Source: Ardenticatenales bacterium
GTDB lineage: Bacteria > Chloroflexota > Anaerolineae > Epilineales > Epilineaceae
Length of the DNA stretch: 64,000 bases
Assembly: GCA_020853525.1 (NCBI GenBank)
Contig: JADYYS010000067.1
Location: 1,319 to 65,318 of the forward strand
Reading direction: 5' to 3'
Numbering within the stretch: position 1 is the first letter of the stretch; each line of letters begins with the position of its first letter. Shown here in pieces: positions 62,191 to 64,000 of the stretch. The position numbers and the translations under genes were made by a program. The notes below the pieces were generated by a model, which was not told where the DNA came from, did no database searches, and saw only the letters and a list, made by a program, of their open reading frames with translations.

Positions 62191-62679
62191 CTACCGCGGC
62201 GGGATCGTGATGACCTGTCCCGGGTAGATCAGGTTGGCGTTGGGAATCTGCGCCTTGTTGGCGGCATGGATCTCCGGCCAGCGCGCGGCATTGCCCAGGA
62301 ACCGCTTGGCGATGCCCGACAGCGTGTCGCCGCGCACGATCGTGTACGTCGTCGCCTCGGTCTCGACGTGCTTGGCCGCCTGCCTGGCGAGTTCGGCCTC
62401 GTACTTCCGGCGCACCTCGGCCAGCTCGGCCTGCTGCTTGATGAGCGCGGCCTTCTCGTCGGCCGTGGCCTTGGCGACCGCCGCCCGGATCTCCGCATCA
62501 CGCTTGTGCATCTCGGCCTGCAGGTCCGGCGCCTTGGCCCGGCCGTCGACCGGACCGAGAGGGGCGTTCGGCTTGGCGGGCGCGTCCTTGGCCGCAGCGG
62601 TCTTCGGCTTGCGGCGGGTGCCGGGTACCGTCTTGTTGAGCATGTCCCTTACGTGCTCGAAGATGCTCTTGTCTGCCAT
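62191..62679 (-). CDS. LysM-domain protein with a coiled-coil/Ala-Lys-rich N-terminal region
   Basis: The C-terminal LysM reads TYTIVRGDTLSGIAKRFLGNAARWPEIHAANKAQIPNANLIYPGQVITIP. An AGGAGC Shine-Dalgarno-like motif lies upstream of the ATG. Confidence 0.75.
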   Translation of the reverse strand: MADKSIFEHVRDMLNKTVPGTRRKPKTAAAKDAPAKPNAPLGPVDGRAKAPDLQAEMHKRDAEIRAAVAKATADEKAALIKQQAELAEVRRKYEAELARQAAKHVETEATTYTIVRGDTLSGIAKRFLGNAARWPEIHAANKAQIPNANLIYPGQVITIPPR

Positions 62680-62847
62680 GAGTCAGCTCCTGATGGATCA
62701 CCGTGGGGGGGTTCGCGCTGCGGATGCGCCACGGTCACATTGCAGGCAATTGAGGATACCGCAAACGCGGCTACGGCAAAAAAAAGGGATCGTTAGCGGC
62801 AGCCGCACGATCGTGTGCCGGCGGTACGGATCGTCCGAGGCGGCTTA

Positions 62848-62990
62848 GTCCTGGCACGCTCGGAGGTCGTACGCCCGCAGCACGAGGGTACGCCCGTCGG
62901 CCGCGAAGCGGGGCCCGCGGTAGGCGGCCGGGTGATCCGTCAGGCGGCGCAGCACGCCCGTGCCTCGGTCGAGGAGGTATAGGTCCGAGG
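62848..62990 (-). pseudogene. Possible remnant of a TolB/PD40-like beta-propeller repeat
   Basis: The C-terminal 45 aa of track ORF 62845..63219 (SDLYLLDRGTGVLRRLTDHPAAYRGPRFAADGRTLVLRAY) resemble a PD40 blade. The upstream part of that ORF is Arg-rich noise and overlaps the start of the plus-strand membrane protein gene. Confidence 0.25.
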
Positions 62991-63061
62991 CGTCCGCCGG
63001 TCGCGCCGACGCGCGCGACGATCGCAGGTGCCATCGCAGGTGCCGATGTCGCACGGTGTCG

Positions 63062-64000
63062 ATGGCCTGCGCCCTGGACGGCCGATTGACTCGTCGGCTG
63101 GCCGGCGGTAAGCTGGCGGGCGTGCGATTCGGAGCCGGGTCCAAGCGCGAGGCGCGCCGTCTCGACCAGCGCGGGCTGGCATGGGGCGGGGTGGGCGTTG
63201 CGATCGTGCTGGCGATCACGTTCTTCGGCTCTGACGGGCTGCTGTGGTTCGATGCCGCGCTGATCGGTTACCTATTCGGGACCATGTTCATGGTCTTCGG
63301 TGTGGTGTATCGCTATGCCGTGTGGGTGCAGCGGCCGCCGACCGCCATGCTGAATCGGCGTGGCTGGGATTCATTTCGGCAGCGCAAGGCGCACAATCTC
63401 GCCGCCCTGCCGTCCTTGGTGGTATCGCAGCTTCTGGTCCAGAGCTTCATCCGGCGCCGCTCGCGGGCGCGGTGGCTGGCGCACCAACTGGTGTTCTGGG
63501 GCTGCATCCTGGCCGCGCTGGTGACGTTCCCGCTGACGCTGGGCCTGTTGCACTTCGAGAGCGTCGGCCAGCAAGCCGACCGCTATCAGGTGTTCGTGTC
63601 TCGGATCGGTGCTGTCACGTTCGACTCGGGCTCCGTCCTTGGGTGGCTGACTTATCATGTCCTTGACGTCGCCGCGATCCTCGTCCTGGCGGGTGTGTTC
63701 ATCTTCCTACAACGACGGCTACGGGATCCCGGCGCACTGGCCGTCGAGCGCAGCGGCGACTTCCTGGCGCTGGCCGGCCTGTTCGCCGTGTCGGTGACCG
63801 GTCTTTTCCTGACGGTATCGAGCCATTGGCTTGGGGGCCGCTTCTATGCCGCGCTGAACACGCTGCATGCGCTGACGGTGATCCTGGGGCTGATGTATAT
63901 CCCGTTCGGCAAGCTGTTCCACATCTTTCAACGCCCGGCGAACCTGGGTGTGGCGTACTACAAGCGGGCGAACGCGCAGGGACCCGCAGCACCGTGTCGG
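63062..64000 (+). CDS. Integral membrane protein (partial; continues past the window end), possibly a NarI/DsrM/HdrE-like cytochrome-b-type anchor
   Basis: My own translation from the ATG at 63062 reads MACALDGRLTRRLAGG..GVGVAIVLAITFFGSDGLLWFDAALIGYLFGTMFMVFGVVYRYAVWVQRPP..WLAHQLVFWGCILAALVTFPLTLGLLHFE..LTYHVLDVAAILVLAGVFIF..VSSHWLGGRFYAALNTLHALTVILGLMYIPFGKLFHIF. The track ORF at 63244 is in a different, composition-driven frame. Confidence 0.55.
   Translation, partial: MACALDGRLTRRLAGGKLAGVRFGAGSKREARRLDQRGLAWGGVGVAIVLAITFFGSDGLLWFDAALIGYLFGTMFMVFGVVYRYAVWVQRPPTAMLNRRGWDSFRQRKAHNLAALPSLVVSQLLVQSFIRRRSRARWLAHQLVFWGCILAALVTFPLTLGLLHFESVGQQADRYQVFVSRIGAVTFDSGSVLGWLTYHVLDVAAILVLAGVFIFLQRRLRDPGALAVERSGDFLALAGLFAVSVTGLFLTVSSHWLGGRFYAALNTLHALTVILGLMYIPFGKLFHIFQRPANLGVAYYKRANAQGPAAPCR

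Noticed and set aside
62701-62844. A8 tract next to a short hairpin (ccgcaaacgcgg ... ggcaaaaaaaaggg) that looked like a terminator
   Set aside because: The orientation is wrong for either strand. On the plus strand the A-run follows the stem, and on the minus strand the T-run precedes the stem. It is more likely an AT-rich promoter region for the LysM gene.
63244-63666. 140-aa plus-strand ORF listed in the track
   Set aside because: The same DNA in the +2 frame starting at ATG 63062 gives a coherent polytopic membrane protein running to the window end, so the listed ORF is an out-of-frame artifact.

Overview
This is a high-GC (~70%) bacterial chromosomal window; gene content (many DUF11-type repeat proteins, an ArsR-ArsC fusion, a YHYH protein) is compatible with a Chloroflexota-like organism, but I cannot confirm the taxon from sequence alone. 

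The first ~29 kb holds three co-directional minus-strand genes for giant secreted multi-domain proteins. The first gene is cut by the window start: 1..10893 is more than 3600 aa with its 3' end off-window. The other two are 11234..18205 (2323 aa) and 18487..28809 (~3440 aa). All three are assembled from shuffled modules. These include tandem DUF11/TIGR01451-type repeats (with about 7 near-identical 477-bp copies at the window start). They also include SdrD/CnaB-like folds, Thr/Pro-rich linkers, and a previously unannotated ~1350-aa internally duplicated module present in two of the genes. The third gene ends in FN3, dockerin and cohesin-like domains. 

A cNMP-binding/bPH_2 membrane protein lies directly upstream of this cluster. 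Beyond it is an arsenic-resistance operon made up of an arsR-arsC fusion, a second arsC and an aquaglyceroporin. It is followed by a membrane protein gene, uvrC, a DUF4399 lipoprotein gene, tRNA-Val(GAC) and the conserved thrS-infC-rpmI-rplT operon. infC appears to use a non-AUG start, and IF3 and L20 both carry acidic low-complexity tails. 

The remainder holds LemA-DUF3137 and other small DUF genes. There is a NarL-type two-component pair. A cytochrome-c/copper-monooxygenase-like fusion follows, then two toxin-antitoxin pairs (DUF433/DUF5615 and VapBC). Next are a vWA protein, a YHYH protein and a paralogous secreted protein that shares the N-terminal domain of the second giant gene but carries a caspase-fold-like C-terminus. 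The window ends with a Cys-rich/collagen-like repeat protein, an ECF sigma/anti-sigma pair, a further secreted protein, an ADP-ribosylglycohydrolase, GlsB/YeaQ/YmgE and LysM proteins, and a partial membrane protein at the window end. 

No rRNA, CRISPR array or transposon was seen. Most long plus-strand ORFs over the giant genes in the supplied track are antisense artifacts of high-GC coding sequence.
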